64,000 nt of DNA. Origin: Candidatus Forterrea multitransposorum CG_2015-17_Forterrea_25_41. GTDB taxonomy: Archaea > Iainarchaeota > Iainarchaeia > Iainarchaeales > CSSED10-239. The stretch covers positions 352,001 to 416,000 of the forward strand of contig CP045477.1 in the NCBI GenBank assembly GCA_009392915.1, read 5' to 3'. The notes below the pieces were generated by a model that ran no database searches, was not told where the DNA came from, and saw only the letters and a list, made by a program, of their open reading frames with translations. Both the position numbers and the translations under genes were made by a program. Numbering within the stretch: position 1 is the first letter of the stretch; the number at the start of each line of letters is the position of its first letter. Shown here piece after piece: positions 38,995 to 48,895 of this stretch.

Positions 38995-39921
38995 TTAGTT
39001 TGCACTTCTATTACCCATTTTTATAACTAAATTATATGCAACAAATCTTAAATTTTTTTCAATTAAATTAAAATATCTTTCACTGATATTGTTTTCTTTA
39101 GAAATTTTAAGAGCAATTTTTATACATTTATCAAATTGATCAATAATTGTTTTATAGTCCCATTTTCCTTCAATTACAGGAGTTACAACTTTATTTTTTA
39201 AATCATCTTCAAGATCAATATAATCATCAAGCATTTGTACAAAATATGCAAGTTCAAACATAAGTTTAATATTTTTTCTTTGGTTTTCTTTAGATATTGT
39301 AGAATATAAAAGCTCCATTGAACCAAAAATACCAGCTTTTCTATTACTTTCTTTACCTAAAAGACATCTTGTTTCAGCATCACACCATTTAAGTCCATAA
39401 TCTACTGCTTTTTTATCAAGGTTGCTTGCAAGATAAGATAAAAGAGATAACTTTCCTTTATTTAAAACTTTTTTAACTAAAGCTTCTTTAATTATTTTTG
39501 ATCTTTTTCTAGGTGATAATTCTTTATAATCATTATCATATATTTCATCAAGTAAAACATTACAAACAGCAGAATACATTATTTGTTTTCTAAGATTTTT
39601 ATTAACTGAAGTATATTTAATTATTTTTATAAAAACAAAATTATTAACTAATAGTTTTTTTGAAAAAAACCTATATTTATTATAACTTTTACCTGAAAGT
39701 AAAAGCATAATATATCCACCTAAAGCATATAACTCAGTTGAACCTAAAATTAGTTTTAAATAGAATTTTTCTTTTCTAATCTCAGGACAATAAATATCAA
39801 TTAATGGTTCTATAAATTGATTAAAATCATTTTTTGTTTTATTAAATAATATAGAAATTAATCTATCATCATTATCTTTAAAAAAAGAAACTAATTTTTT
39901 AATTCGCTTTTTTCTATCCAT
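38995..39921 (-). CDS. hypothetical protein, possibly isoprenoid-synthase fold (squalene/phytoene synthase-like); weak
   Basis: Asp-rich segment AYFVQMLDDYIDLEDD and YALGGYIMLL helix; low similarity. Confidence 0.3.
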   Translation of the reverse strand: MDRKKRIKKLVSFFKDNDDRLISILFNKTKNDFNQFIEPLIDIYCPEIRKEKFYLKLILGSTELYALGGYIMLLLSGKSYNKYRFFSKKLLVNNFVFIKIIKYTSVNKNLRKQIMYSAVCNVLLDEIYDNDYKELSPRKRSKIIKEALVKKVLNKGKLSLLSYLASNLDKKAVDYGLKWCDAETRCLLGKESNRKAGIFGSMELLYSTISKENQRKNIKLMFELAYFVQMLDDYIDLEDDLKNKVVTPVIEGKWDYKTIIDQFDKCIKIALKISKENNISERYFNLIEKNLRFVAYNLVIKMGNRSAN

Positions 39922-39932
39922 TTAAAAAATCC

Positions 39933-40538
39933 TTAAATTAAATGAGTTAAAGAAAGGTTTAATTTTAAAAGAGGATCTTGATAGAACTTTAAGATATCTT
40001 GATCTTCTCTAAGTCCATTATTATGCATTATTGCTTGAAATTTAGTAAATAGTTTTGTTGTAGCATAAACATCTGACATTGCTCTATGAGCATATTCGTT
40101 TTTAATATCAAAATAATTACATAAAGATGATAGCCTATAGCTTGGCATTGTTGAAATTATTTTTTTTGCAAGATTCATGGTACAAATATTTTTATTTTCT
40201 AAAGTTTGATTTAAATGTAAATTAAGATTATGATTTATAAAACCAATATCAAAAATAGCATTATGTGCAACTAAAATATCTTTTTTAATAAAATCTATAA
40301 AATTAGGTAAAACTTCTTGAATAGTTGGTTTTTCTTTAACCATATCATCTGTAATTCCTGTAAGTTGTGTAATTTCAGCTGGAATTTTCATTTGAGGATT
40401 TATTAATGTCTCAAATTTATCAACAATTCGATTTCCTTCAAGCTTTAAAGCAGCAATCTCAGTTATTTGATCTTTTGATCTATTAAGACCTGTTGTTTCA
40501 ATATCTAAGACAATGTATCTTCCAAGCATGTTTTTCAC
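39933..40538 (-). CDS. DEDDh 3'-5' exonuclease (DnaQ/epsilon-like)
   Basis: Exo I VLDIETTGL, Exo II LVAHNAIFDIGFI and Exo III HRAMSDVYAT. Confidence 0.7.
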   Translation of the reverse strand: MKNMLGRYIVLDIETTGLNRSKDQITEIAALKLEGNRIVDKFETLINPQMKIPAEITQLTGITDDMVKEKPTIQEVLPNFIDFIKKDILVAHNAIFDIGFINHNLNLHLNQTLENKNICTMNLAKKIISTMPSYRLSSLCNYFDIKNEYAHRAMSDVYATTKLFTKFQAIMHNNGLREDQDILKFYQDPLLKLNLSLTHLI

Positions 40539-40710
40539 CAGTTATGTATTATAAAATTATTTTTTAAGATTGTTATATTTAATATAGAACAACAGCTTTA
40601 AAAAAAGAACCATTAGTTTTCTTAACTTTTTATGTAGTGATTTAATTTTATTCTTTTTAGAAATATAAAAATAGTATTTATAATACTATTTATGGTACTA
40701 ATTATATATT

Positions 40711-41364
40711 ATGATACCAAAAATAACACCAAAAATATTTCCAAAATCAAAGATTGGAAGAAATAAGTTTAATAAAACATTAAAAAACGATCCTTCAGTT
40801 AAAAGAACTGAAATTCAACTTCTATCTATCCCTGGAAAAGGAATACATGATGTTTCTTCAAATAGACGAAAATATAGAGTTGGAAGAGATACTTTAAAGT
40901 TTGAAAAAATACTTAATGAAAGAGTAAAAGAATCTTTTAGAAAAAAATTAAGAAACTTAGAAAATAGAAGTCAACTTTTACACACACATATAACAAAAAG
41001 AAAATCTAAGAGTACTAAAGAAGAATTTGGAATGGCTCTTCCATCAAAATCAGATATTATTTCTTTTATGGAAGATAGAAGAAAAACTATTAAATATCAA
41101 ATAATTTCTGTAATTGACCCTAAGATTAGAAAACCTATAGGATATACAACTATTAAGATTAACACTTTAAAAGCAACACCTAAACAATTTATTGAAAGAA
41201 TAGATGGGTTTATTACAAAAGAAACTATTAAAAATGCTGAATATAAAAAACATATTTTTGAAATGATGGAAAGTTTAGGTATGGAGATTTATTTCACTCC
41301 TGAAGATGGTTATTCCTTAAATAGAAATTTTAATTATGTGAGGAAAAATGAAGCCAAGAAATAG
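40711..41364 (+). CDS. hypothetical protein, family A copy 1 (N-terminal PKITPKIFPK...; GYTTIKIN; C-terminal EIYFTPEDGYSL)
   Basis: Paralogous to the next gene, which overlaps its stop by 17 nt. Confidence 0.45.
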   Translation: MIPKITPKIFPKSKIGRNKFNKTLKNDPSVKRTEIQLLSIPGKGIHDVSSNRRKYRVGRDTLKFEKILNERVKESFRKKLRNLENRSQLLHTHITKRKSKSTKEEFGMALPSKSDIISFMEDRRKTIKYQIISVIDPKIRKPIGYTTIKINTLKATPKQFIERIDGFITKETIKNAEYKKHIFEMMESLGMEIYFTPEDGYSLNRNFNYVRKNEAKK

Positions 41365-42043
41365 TCCAAGAATAACTCCAAAAGTAAAAGCTTTGCCAAA
41401 GATAGGAAAAGTAAAATTTTCAAAAGAAATCAAAACTCTTGAAATTAATAAACTAAATAAAGTTGCTTTCTATAAAGCTCCTGGAGAAAAACCTGTAAGC
41501 ATTTCAGGAGATAGATTGAATTCTTTTGCAGTTATTGATTCTGCAAAGTTTGATGCTATTTTTAAAAATATTAATAAAAAAAGAACAGATACTGGAAAAA
41601 AATCTATAGATAAAGAAAAGGGAAGTCTTTTTTATTTTAAACTACAAGACCCTAAACTTAAAGGAAAATATAACAATGGAAATGCAATTCCTGATCTTTT
41701 TTCACTTATTGATTCAATGTTTAAATATCCTAAAACAAGACATGGTTATGATGTTATGGCTGTTGTAAGTCCAGAGAAAAAAGTCTTAGGATATACCACT
41801 GTTAAAATAAATCATGCATTTATGAAAAAAATACTTCCAGAAATTGAAAATAAAACTATTAAAAATAGAAATGATTTTACAAGAAAAATAGTACATCTGC
41901 TTTCGAATATGGAAGGAAATATTAAAAATAAAGAAACTGTTTTTAATGTTTTAAAAGTTTTAGAAAAGATTGGCTTTGAGGTTTATTTTACTCCTGAAAA
42001 AGGATATAAGCTTGATAAGGAATATAGATTTATTAAAGAATAA
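41348..42043 (+). CDS. hypothetical protein, family A copy 2 (GYTTVKIN; EVYFTPEKGYKL)
   Basis: Collinear with the N-terminal, central and C-terminal motifs of copy 1. Confidence 0.45.
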   Translation: MKPRNSPRITPKVKALPKIGKVKFSKEIKTLEINKLNKVAFYKAPGEKPVSISGDRLNSFAVIDSAKFDAIFKNINKKRTDTGKKSIDKEKGSLFYFKLQDPKLKGKYNNGNAIPDLFSLIDSMFKYPKTRHGYDVMAVVSPEKKVLGYTTVKINHAFMKKILPEIENKTIKNRNDFTRKIVHLLSNMEGNIKNKETVFNVLKVLEKIGFEVYFTPEKGYKLDKEYRFIKE

Positions 42044-42046
42044 TAA

Positions 42047-42808
42047 TTATCTCCAAAAAATAAATTTTTTATCAGAGTATTTTGAATATAATTCTTTTGT
42101 CATAAATTTTTCTTTTTCAGTTAAGCTAGATGTCATGAAATTAATATTAAAAATTTCCTCAAAACCTTGAACAATTGCAGAAATAATTTTTTCTTTTGGA
42201 ATTGTTTTATAATCATATAAACCACAAACAAGGTCTTTTGCAGATTTTACTTTTTTTTCAAGAAGTTTTTTATCGTCTATTTTTAAATATTTAAACATTA
42301 TTTCACATTCAGGTTTTAAAAGAATAGTACCATGATGCAAAATAACATTATCAACTCTTGTTTGTGCATTTCCAGAAATTTTTTTATTATTAAGTAAAAT
42401 ATCATTTACAGGTTTAAAAGTAGTTTCAAATCCAAGTTTTCTTAGTCCAGCTATAATACCACTGCATATTAAAGCATAAGATTTTTCAACATCTTTAGGT
42501 ATACAAAAATCATCTTCTCTAATAATTAAACTATAATTTATTTCATAAAGAGGAGACTTATAAACAGCCCCTCCTCCTGTAATTCTTCTAAAAATTTCAA
42601 TATTATTTTTACTACATTCTTCAAGATTTAATTCTTTTTTAGCTTCTTGAAAAAAGCCTAAAGAAACAGCAGGTTTGTTCCAAGAATAAAACCTAAGTGT
42701 TGGAAGAGAAGATTTATCTCTAACAGAAGACATAATAGCTTCTTCTGATGCCATTTTATAATAAGAATCTTCTTTATCTTCAAGAGAGATTAACCTCCAT
42801 TTTTTCAT
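42047..42808 (-). CDS. lplA: lipoate-protein ligase A (catalytic domain)
   Basis: LRFYSWNKPAVSLGFFQ, RRITGGGAVYK and ILLNNKKISGNAQ motifs of the BPL_LplA_LipB domain. Confidence 0.75.
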   Translation of the reverse strand: MKKWRLISLEDKEDSYYKMASEEAIMSSVRDKSSLPTLRFYSWNKPAVSLGFFQEAKKELNLEECSKNNIEIFRRITGGGAVYKSPLYEINYSLIIREDDFCIPKDVEKSYALICSGIIAGLRKLGFETTFKPVNDILLNNKKISGNAQTRVDNVILHHGTILLKPECEIMFKYLKIDDKKLLEKKVKSAKDLVCGLYDYKTIPKEKIISAIVQGFEEIFNINFMTSSLTEKEKFMTKELYSKYSDKKFIFWR

Positions 42809-43131
42809 TTATATTCCTCTAAAGCTTCTTTAACATATGACAAATAAACAAAAGAAGGTCCTCCTCCCATTAAAACTGCAACCCATGCAATTTCTAAGAT
42901 TTCCTCTTTAGTATATCCTTTATTTAATGCATTTTTTGTATGAATAAAAATACACCCCTTACATTGAGATTTAATTGCAATACCAAGAGCAACAGCTTCT
43001 TTTACTTTTGAAGAAACTTTTCCATCATTTTCTACAATTTGCATAAAATTTTGAAAAGCATTAATATGTTCTAAATTATTTTTTTTAAGATATATAAATA
43101 AATCATTAAATTTTTGTTCTTCATTTTTCAT
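42805..43131 (-). CDS. AhpD-like / carboxymuconolactone-decarboxylase-family protein
   Basis: 108 aa; CKGCIFIHTKNALNKG is a CxxC...H core of the AhpD/CMD fold. Confidence 0.6.
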   Translation of the reverse strand: MKNEEQKFNDLFIYLKKNNLEHINAFQNFMQIVENDGKVSSKVKEAVALGIAIKSQCKGCIFIHTKNALNKGYTKEEILEIAWVAVLMGGGPSFVYLSYVKEALEEYK

Positions 43132-43144
43132 ACTACAATCACCT

Positions 43145-43543
43145 TTACTTCATTGTTTTATCAAGCCATTCAATAATTTTATCTGCTTTAAATAAATCAT
43201 CTATTTCTTTAATATCAGATATCTTTAATTTAATAATCCAAGAATCATAAGGACTTTTATTTATTTTTTCAGGAGCATCATATAATTCTTGATTTATTTC
43301 AATAACCTCTCCACTTAAAGGAGAAGTTAAATGACCAGACCATTTTAAAGTTTCTAAAGAAACATATATGTCTTTTTTTTTTATTTTTTTAAAATCAAAA
43401 AATTTTATAAATAAAAATTCTTTTAATGTTTTTGCAATAGGTTCAATAATACCTATTGTTGCAATATCTTTTTCTATTTTAATCCAACTTGAGTCTTTAT
43501 TATATAATAAATTATCAGGAAGATCATATTCTTTATATTTCAT
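43145..43543 (-). CDS. GcvH-like lipoyl-carrier protein
   Basis: The lipoyl-lysine context SLETLKWSGHLTSPLSGEVIEIN aligns with the GcvH ESVKAASD...SGEV region. Confidence 0.7.
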   Translation of the reverse strand: MKYKEYDLPDNLLYNKDSSWIKIEKDIATIGIIEPIAKTLKEFLFIKFFDFKKIKKKDIYVSLETLKWSGHLTSPLSGEVIEINQELYDAPEKINKSPYDSWIIKLKISDIKEIDDLFKADKIIEWLDKTMK

Positions 43544-43550
43544 AATAAAA

Positions 43551-44807
43551 TCACTTTTTTATTTTATTCTTAATAAAAATAATTATCCCAGTTAAAATCA
43601 AAGCTATTAAAATAACTCCAATAGCAGAAAATATATTATTTAAAAGACCTGGAGAAAAGACAAGCATACCACCTAAAGATAACATCATCATACCTGAAAG
43701 TAATTTTAAGGATTCTCCTTGAGATTGAGATAATTTTCTTGCACCTAAAGTATATGTAAATATTAAAACTATTACAAGTAATGGTAAAACATACATTAAG
43801 TTATAAAATAATAAATAAGAATAATAACTTACATTACTTAATTGATTTAAAACTAATATTTTTGTAAAAACCATAGGGAAACCAGCAGTACATAATAACT
43901 CATAGATGTTTGCTGTTATTGCAAGAACTATTGTTCCAATCATCATTGAAGTCATAGATTCTGCTTTTAAAAGACCTCTCATCTTTGTAATCAAATTTTT
44001 TCTATGATCATCTGAAACTGATAAAGTAATTCCTTTTTTAAAAGCAAAAAAATCTTTAATATTTATAATTGCAATTACTAAAGCTATAATTCCTGCAATT
44101 GTTGTAACAATTGAAATATTTTGTGTGACTTTAAAAAAATTAAGCCATGCTGACATGAATAAAAAATAAATTAAACCAGAAAAGAAAATAAATGTAAGAC
44201 CAATAATTAGCATTCTTTTCTTATTCTTTGCATAAACAAGCATTGATAATAAAAATAATAAAACAAAAAAAGCACAAGGATTAAAACCATCTAAAAAACC
44301 TAAAATTATTGTTAAAAGTGGTAAAGAAACAGAACTTCCATCAATTTTACCAATTAATGGAATATTAAAGGTTTGGGAAGAATTTTGGTTTATGTCTTGT
44401 AAATTATTATCTTGATCTAAATTAATATCATTTACTTCAATTTTTGCATTTTCAATTATACCAATAATCTCATCATTCATTTGAGAGCTATAACCTACAA
44501 AATATTGATCACCTATAAAGGTTGTAGGCACACCCTGAGGTTGAAAACCATGAGATTGTGTTAAATCATAAAAGAGCTCCTGATTTTCAACTGAAGACAC
44601 TTCATAATAATTAATATTTAGATAATCATAATTATTTTCAATAGATGTTAAAAAATTTTTTAATTCTGCACAATGAGGACAAGTATTACTTACAAAAATA
44701 TTTACATCTAAATTGTTTTCTAAAGCATTAACAGATACTGAAAAAACTAATAAAAATAAAAAAGTAAATAAAAATATTTTGTTTAAGATAATTTTTTTTG
44801 TTTGCAT
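43551..44807 (-). CDS. thioredoxin-domain / CcdA(DsbD)-type transmembrane thiol:disulfide reductase fusion
   Basis: N-terminal signal, thioredoxin CPHC (NTCPHCAEL), then a multi-TM DsbD core with the FNPCAF Cys motif. Confidence 0.7.
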   Translation of the reverse strand: MQTKKIILNKIFLFTFLFLLVFSVSVNALENNLDVNIFVSNTCPHCAELKNFLTSIENNYDYLNINYYEVSSVENQELFYDLTQSHGFQPQGVPTTFIGDQYFVGYSSQMNDEIIGIIENAKIEVNDINLDQDNNLQDINQNSSQTFNIPLIGKIDGSSVSLPLLTIILGFLDGFNPCAFFVLLFLLSMLVYAKNKKRMLIIGLTFIFFSGLIYFLFMSAWLNFFKVTQNISIVTTIAGIIALVIAIINIKDFFAFKKGITLSVSDDHRKNLITKMRGLLKAESMTSMMIGTIVLAITANIYELLCTAGFPMVFTKILVLNQLSNVSYYSYLLFYNLMYVLPLLVIVLIFTYTLGARKLSQSQGESLKLLSGMMMLSLGGMLVFSPGLLNNIFSAIGVILIALILTGIIIFIKNKIKK

Positions 44808-44832
44808 GTTTACATCACCATATTTAGTTAAA

Positions 44833-45291
44833 CTACATTAATAATTCTAATTCTTTATTTAAAAAAATAATATTTTTATTATTTTCTTTTTTAACAAGAA
44901 CAATATTTTTTTCCTTAAGTTTTTTAATTAGCCTATGAGCTTTTATTTTGCCATATTTTTTTGCTAAAACCAATTGTTCTATTCTACCATTTTTTTCAAT
45001 AATATAACTTAAGAATGATTTTTCTTCAAAAGATAATATAGAATAAATAGTATTTTGATTTGAAAAAATAATTTTATTTTTTTTAGTTAAAGATAAAGAA
45101 TGAAGATAATAAAATAAAGATATTGAAAATATAATGATTAATAATATAAAAATAAAAAAAGTGTTTTGAGAAATAACATTACTACAAGTACAATCTTTTC
45201 CACTTAAATAATCTTTTTCAAGAAATATAAAAAAGATTATAATAGATATAAAAGAAATTATCGAAATTATAAAAGAATATTTTGATTGCAT
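44833..45291 (-). CDS. small membrane protein with C-terminal wHTH-like segment
   Basis: Two TM helices, then a KNGRIEQLVLAKKYGKIKAHRLIKKLKEKNIV HTH-like region; weak. Confidence 0.35.
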   Translation of the reverse strand: MQSKYSFIISIISFISIIIFFIFLEKDYLSGKDCTCSNVISQNTFFIFILLIIIFSISLFYYLHSLSLTKKNKIIFSNQNTIYSILSFEEKSFLSYIIEKNGRIEQLVLAKKYGKIKAHRLIKKLKEKNIVLVKKENNKNIIFLNKELELLM

Positions 45292-45352
45292 AATAAAAAA
45301 TAAAGTACAAAAAACTTTAAAAAGAGATGTTTCATAAAAATGAAACTTCTAA

Positions 45353-45592
45353 AAAAAACAGTTACTATATATTGAAACAAGATTTAAAAATAAAACTATT
45401 AAAAATAAAAATTACTTGACAAGAAAAATAATAAACCTAATTTTAAATATTAAAGAAAATATAAATAAAAAAAGAAGAAATGTTTCTAATGTTTTAAAAA
45501 TTTTAGAAAAGCTTGGTTTTAAAGTTTATTTAACTCCTGAAAGAAGATATAAGCTTGATAAGGATTATAATTATGTAATAGACGGAAAATAA
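45353..45592 (+). pseudogene. decayed C-terminal fragment of a family-A gene (third copy of the 40711-42043 paralogs)
   Basis: The frame reads ...NKTIKNKNYLTRKIINLILNIKENINKKRRNVSNVLKILEKLGFKVYLTPERRYKLDKDYNYVIDGK* with no start codon and an in-frame TAA at 45350. Clear nucleotide similarity to 41838-42043. Confidence 0.5.
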
Positions 45593-45728
45593 TTTTTATA
45601 AGTATAATTTAATCTTTTTTAAAATAATTGAACATAAGGTTAAAATAATTCGTAATTATCAATACATATAATATATAAAAATATTTTTAAATATTAGCAA
45701 TAACAGTACCAACAAAATACATTTATTA

Positions 45729-45775
45729 GGTATCTTTGTTGCCAAAAGCTTCTGGCGGGAATTGAACCTAAAGGG
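45729..45775 (-). other. degenerate tRNA 3'-end fragment (T-loop GGTTCAATTCCCGCCAG) fused to a decayed copy of the conserved tRNA trailer (AAGCTTTTGGC)
   Basis: Aligns with the tRNA-Gly T-arm and trailer GGTTCGAATCCCGACGAG...AAGCTTTTCGCC, but cannot fold as a tRNA. Confidence 0.3.
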
Positions 45776-45786
45776 AAAAGTGCTTT

Positions 45787-46743
45787 TTAATATCTAGATG
45801 GTTGAATTAAAGTTATTAAATAATCTTTCTTTAAAGAAGTCATAAGCAATTCAACTCTAAACCCTGTGTCTTGTAATATTTGTACAATTGAACCCATTGT
45901 AAATTTATAAGATCTGCCTATTAATAAAAAATCATCTTTTTCAAGTTTTATTTTTTCAGAACCTATCTCAATATAAATATCATCTTTTAAATAAATGGTT
46001 TGCTCAACCTGATTTAATAAAATATTCCAAGCAACATTATATTCTACTTGATCATCTTTAATTCCAAGATAATGTGGAACAAACATAACAAAATTATAAG
46101 CACCTGTTATTTTATATTTATTAATTATATTATCTGTTTTATAAATATTAGATAATTCTACACCTAATAACATATAATCATCTGAGCCCATTGAATCACG
46201 AATATTAGTAAGAACTCTTTCTCTATTAAAATGATTTCCTAAAGTAGAACCTAAAAAACAAAGTAAATTATTAAATCCATCTTTTTTTAAAGTATAAATT
46301 ATATCTGAAAATTGACCTTGCTCAAAATCAATATTGATAGGTAATATTTCTACATCAAATTTTTTAGATATATTATTTTTAGCTAAATTTAACATAGAAT
46401 TACTTATATCTATAGGCACATATCTAAAAACAATATTATTCTCTTTTAAATAATCTAAAATAGGTAATATTGGCTCACCAGTTCCACAACCAAGATCAAT
46501 AATATTTAGTTTAATATCCTTTAAATCGTAAGTAGATATTATATCTTGTATTCTTTTTTTAAGTAAAACAGATTCATTAGAATTAATTGTATTTTTAGAA
46601 TTAGCTCTTAAATTTGAAATATTAAACCAATTTTCTGCTCCTTTATCTAAATAAGCAAATTTTAATGGTATTTCACCAGTAGCCTTAATAGAGGTAATTA
46701 ATTCAAATTCTTGTTTTTGTGATAACATAAATAAATTATACAT
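45787..46743 (-). CDS. class I SAM-dependent methyltransferase
   Basis: Motif I IIDLGCGTGEP and motif II/III spacing; substrate unknown. Confidence 0.65.
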   Translation of the reverse strand: MYNLFMLSQKQEFELITSIKATGEIPLKFAYLDKGAENWFNISNLRANSKNTINSNESVLLKKRIQDIISTYDLKDIKLNIIDLGCGTGEPILPILDYLKENNIVFRYVPIDISNSMLNLAKNNISKKFDVEILPINIDFEQGQFSDIIYTLKKDGFNNLLCFLGSTLGNHFNRERVLTNIRDSMGSDDYMLLGVELSNIYKTDNIINKYKITGAYNFVMFVPHYLGIKDDQVEYNVAWNILLNQVEQTIYLKDDIYIEIGSEKIKLEKDDFLLIGRSYKFTMGSIVQILQDTGFRVELLMTSLKKDYLITLIQPSRY

Positions 46744-46817
46744 ATACTATTTAAATAATTTTCGGTTAAAATCTATTTTTAAACTTCTTATCGGTAATTG
46801 AACCTTATAAAAAAAAA

Positions 46818-48746
46818 CTATTTTCTAGTTTTTAAAATATTTATCTTATCCCTTAAAGTTATAGCTGCCTCAAAATCAAGATTATCAGAGGCCTTTCTCA
46901 TTTCTTTTTCAAGCTCTATTATCATTCTAGAAACGTCCTTTTTAGGTATTGACTTAACATCCTTAATCTCTGTGTGCTTCTCTTCAATAGGCTTAATGAT
47001 TGTCTTAGGTGTTATATTATTCTTTTTATTATATGCAAGCTGTATATTTCTTCTTCTTTCAGTTTCATCCACTGCTTTTCTAATAGATTCAGTTATTCTA
47101 TCAGCATAAAGAATAACTTTAGAATCTTTGTTTCTTGCAGCTCTACCAATAATCTGTATTAAACTTCTCTGGTCTCTTAAAAAACCTTCTTTATCAGCAT
47201 CTAAAATACCAATTAAACCAATCTCAGGAATATCAAGACCCTCTCTTAAAAGATTAATTCCTACAAGAAGATCAAACTTTCCTAAACGTAATTCTCTTAT
47301 AATCTCTGATCTTTCTAAAGTATTAATCTCTGAATGAAGATATCTTGTTTTTATGTTTTGTTCAGCAAAATATTCTGAAAGTTCTTCTGCAAGTTTTTTA
47401 GTTAAGGTAGTAACCAAAACTCTAAATCCTTTTTTAATAGTTTCATTTATGTTTTTTATTAAATGGTTTATCTGTCCTTCAGACTTATGAATCTCTATTG
47501 GAGGATCAACTAAGCCTGTTGGTCTGATAACAAGCTCTGAAATTAATTTTGATTTTGAAAGTTCATAATCTCCAGGAGTTGCTGACACAAAAATAACTTT
47601 ATTCATGAAATTCTTTTCAAACTCTACAAACTTTAAAGGTCTGTTATCATATGCTGATGGAAGACGGAAACCATAATCAATTAAGTTTTTCTTTCTTGAA
47701 AAGTCCCCTGCATACATTGCTCTTAATTGCGGTAGAGTTTGATGACTTTCATCAATAACTAAAAGAAAATCTTTTGGAAAATAATCAATTAAGGTGTATG
47801 CCCTTTCACCAGGTTTTCTTCCATCAAAATGTCTTGAATAGTTTTCAATACCTGAACAATAACCAGCTTCTCTTATCATCTCTAAGTCATACATTGTTCT
47901 TTGTTTAAGTCTTTGTGCTTCTAAAGCACCCATAGAAGGGAGGACTTCATTTAGTTCTTTTTCAATAGATTCTAGAGCTCTTTGTTTTGAAACATCATCA
48001 ATAACAAAGTGTTTTGCAGGAAAGATATAAAGAGAGTTAATCTTTGATAAAACTTCTCCAGTTATTTTATCAATCTCTGTTATTCTATCTATTTTTTTAC
48101 CAAATAACTCTATTCTTATGATATTTTGTGAATATCCTAAGATTAAATCAATAACATCTCCTTTAACTCTGAATTTTCCTTGTGAAAGCTCTAAATCATT
48201 TCTTTCATATTGTATGTTTACTAAATTTTCTAAAATTTCTTGTCTTGAAACCTCTTGTCCAAGATTAATCTCAAAACCCATTTCTTTAAATTTTTCTGGA
48301 TTTCCTAAAGAATAGATACAAGAAACAGAAGCAACAACAATAGTGTCTTCTCTAGAAGCAATTGATGCTGTAGCAGAGAGCCTTAACTCTTCTATCTTTT
48401 CATTAATCTTTGTGTTTTTTTCTATATATAGATCTCTTTGAGGAACATAACTTTCTGGTTGGTAATAATCATAATAAGATACAAAATATTCAACTTTATT
48501 GTTTGGGAATAACTCTTTAAACTCTCTGTAAAGTTGAGCTGCTAATGTTTTATTGTGTGCAAGAACAAGGGTTGGTTTTTGATGTTGTTCAATGATCTTT
48601 GCAACAGTAAATGTTTTACCACTTGCAGTTATTCCTTTAAGGGTTTGTAGTTTAGTTCCTTTTTTTAAAGAAGCTGATAGCTGTTCAATTGCTTTTCCTT
48701 GATCTCCTGCAGGAGAATATTTTGAAACTACTTTAAATTTATTCAT
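46818..48746 (-). CDS. uvrB: excinuclease ABC subunit B
   Basis: [28 protein letters not shown] and the beta-hairpin and helicase motifs are collinear with bacterial UvrB. Confidence 0.9.
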   Translation of the reverse strand: MNKFKVVSKYSPAGDQGKAIEQLSASLKKGTKLQTLKGITASGKTFTVAKIIEQHQKPTLVLAHNKTLAAQLYREFKELFPNNKVEYFVSYYDYYQPESYVPQRDLYIEKNTKINEKIEELRLSATASIASREDTIVVASVSCIYSLGNPEKFKEMGFEINLGQEVSRQEILENLVNIQYERNDLELSQGKFRVKGDVIDLILGYSQNIIRIELFGKKIDRITEIDKITGEVLSKINSLYIFPAKHFVIDDVSKQRALESIEKELNEVLPSMGALEAQRLKQRTMYDLEMIREAGYCSGIENYSRHFDGRKPGERAYTLIDYFPKDFLLVIDESHQTLPQLRAMYAGDFSRKKNLIDYGFRLPSAYDNRPLKFVEFEKNFMNKVIFVSATPGDYELSKSKLISELVIRPTGLVDPPIEIHKSEGQINHLIKNINETIKKGFRVLVTTLTKKLAEELSEYFAEQNIKTRYLHSEINTLERSEIIRELRLGKFDLLVGINLLREGLDIPEIGLIGILDADKEGFLRDQRSLIQIIGRAARNKDSKVILYADRITESIRKAVDETERRRNIQLAYNKKNNITPKTIIKPIEEKHTEIKDVKSIPKKDVSRMIIELEKEMRKASDNLDFEAAITLRDKINILKTRK

Positions 48747-48810
48747 GTTTTTCTTTTTTAAATAATAAGTATATATATTAGTTATTTTAAAAATATAAAT
48801 AGGTTTCTAA

Positions 48811-48831
48811 AGAGGGTAAATGGCCGAGAAA
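48811..48831 (+). repeat. 21-bp direct repeat AGAGGGTAAATGGCCGAGAAA (copy 1)
   Basis: Exact copy at 52347-52367. Flanking similarity extends about 35-40 bp (TAA.GAGGG... ...GAAGAAT). Confidence 0.6.
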
Positions 48832-48895
48832 ATTAAAAAGAAGAATTTATAAACTTTTTTAATAACTTTATAAATATATTAAATAGGGAATAAAC

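Noticed and set aside
45690-45790. Candidate tRNA (GGTTCAATTCCCGCC T-arm-like) or split-tRNA half
   Set aside because: The T-stem cannot pair (TTAGG vs CCCGC) and no acceptor or anticodon partner is found. Interpreted as a decayed tRNA 3' fragment + trailer remnant instead.
46798-48315. Plus-strand ORFs 46798-47109, 46974-47162, 47128-47337 and 48118-48315 inside uvrB
   Set aside because: Antisense frames of a strongly supported uvrB; no motifs.
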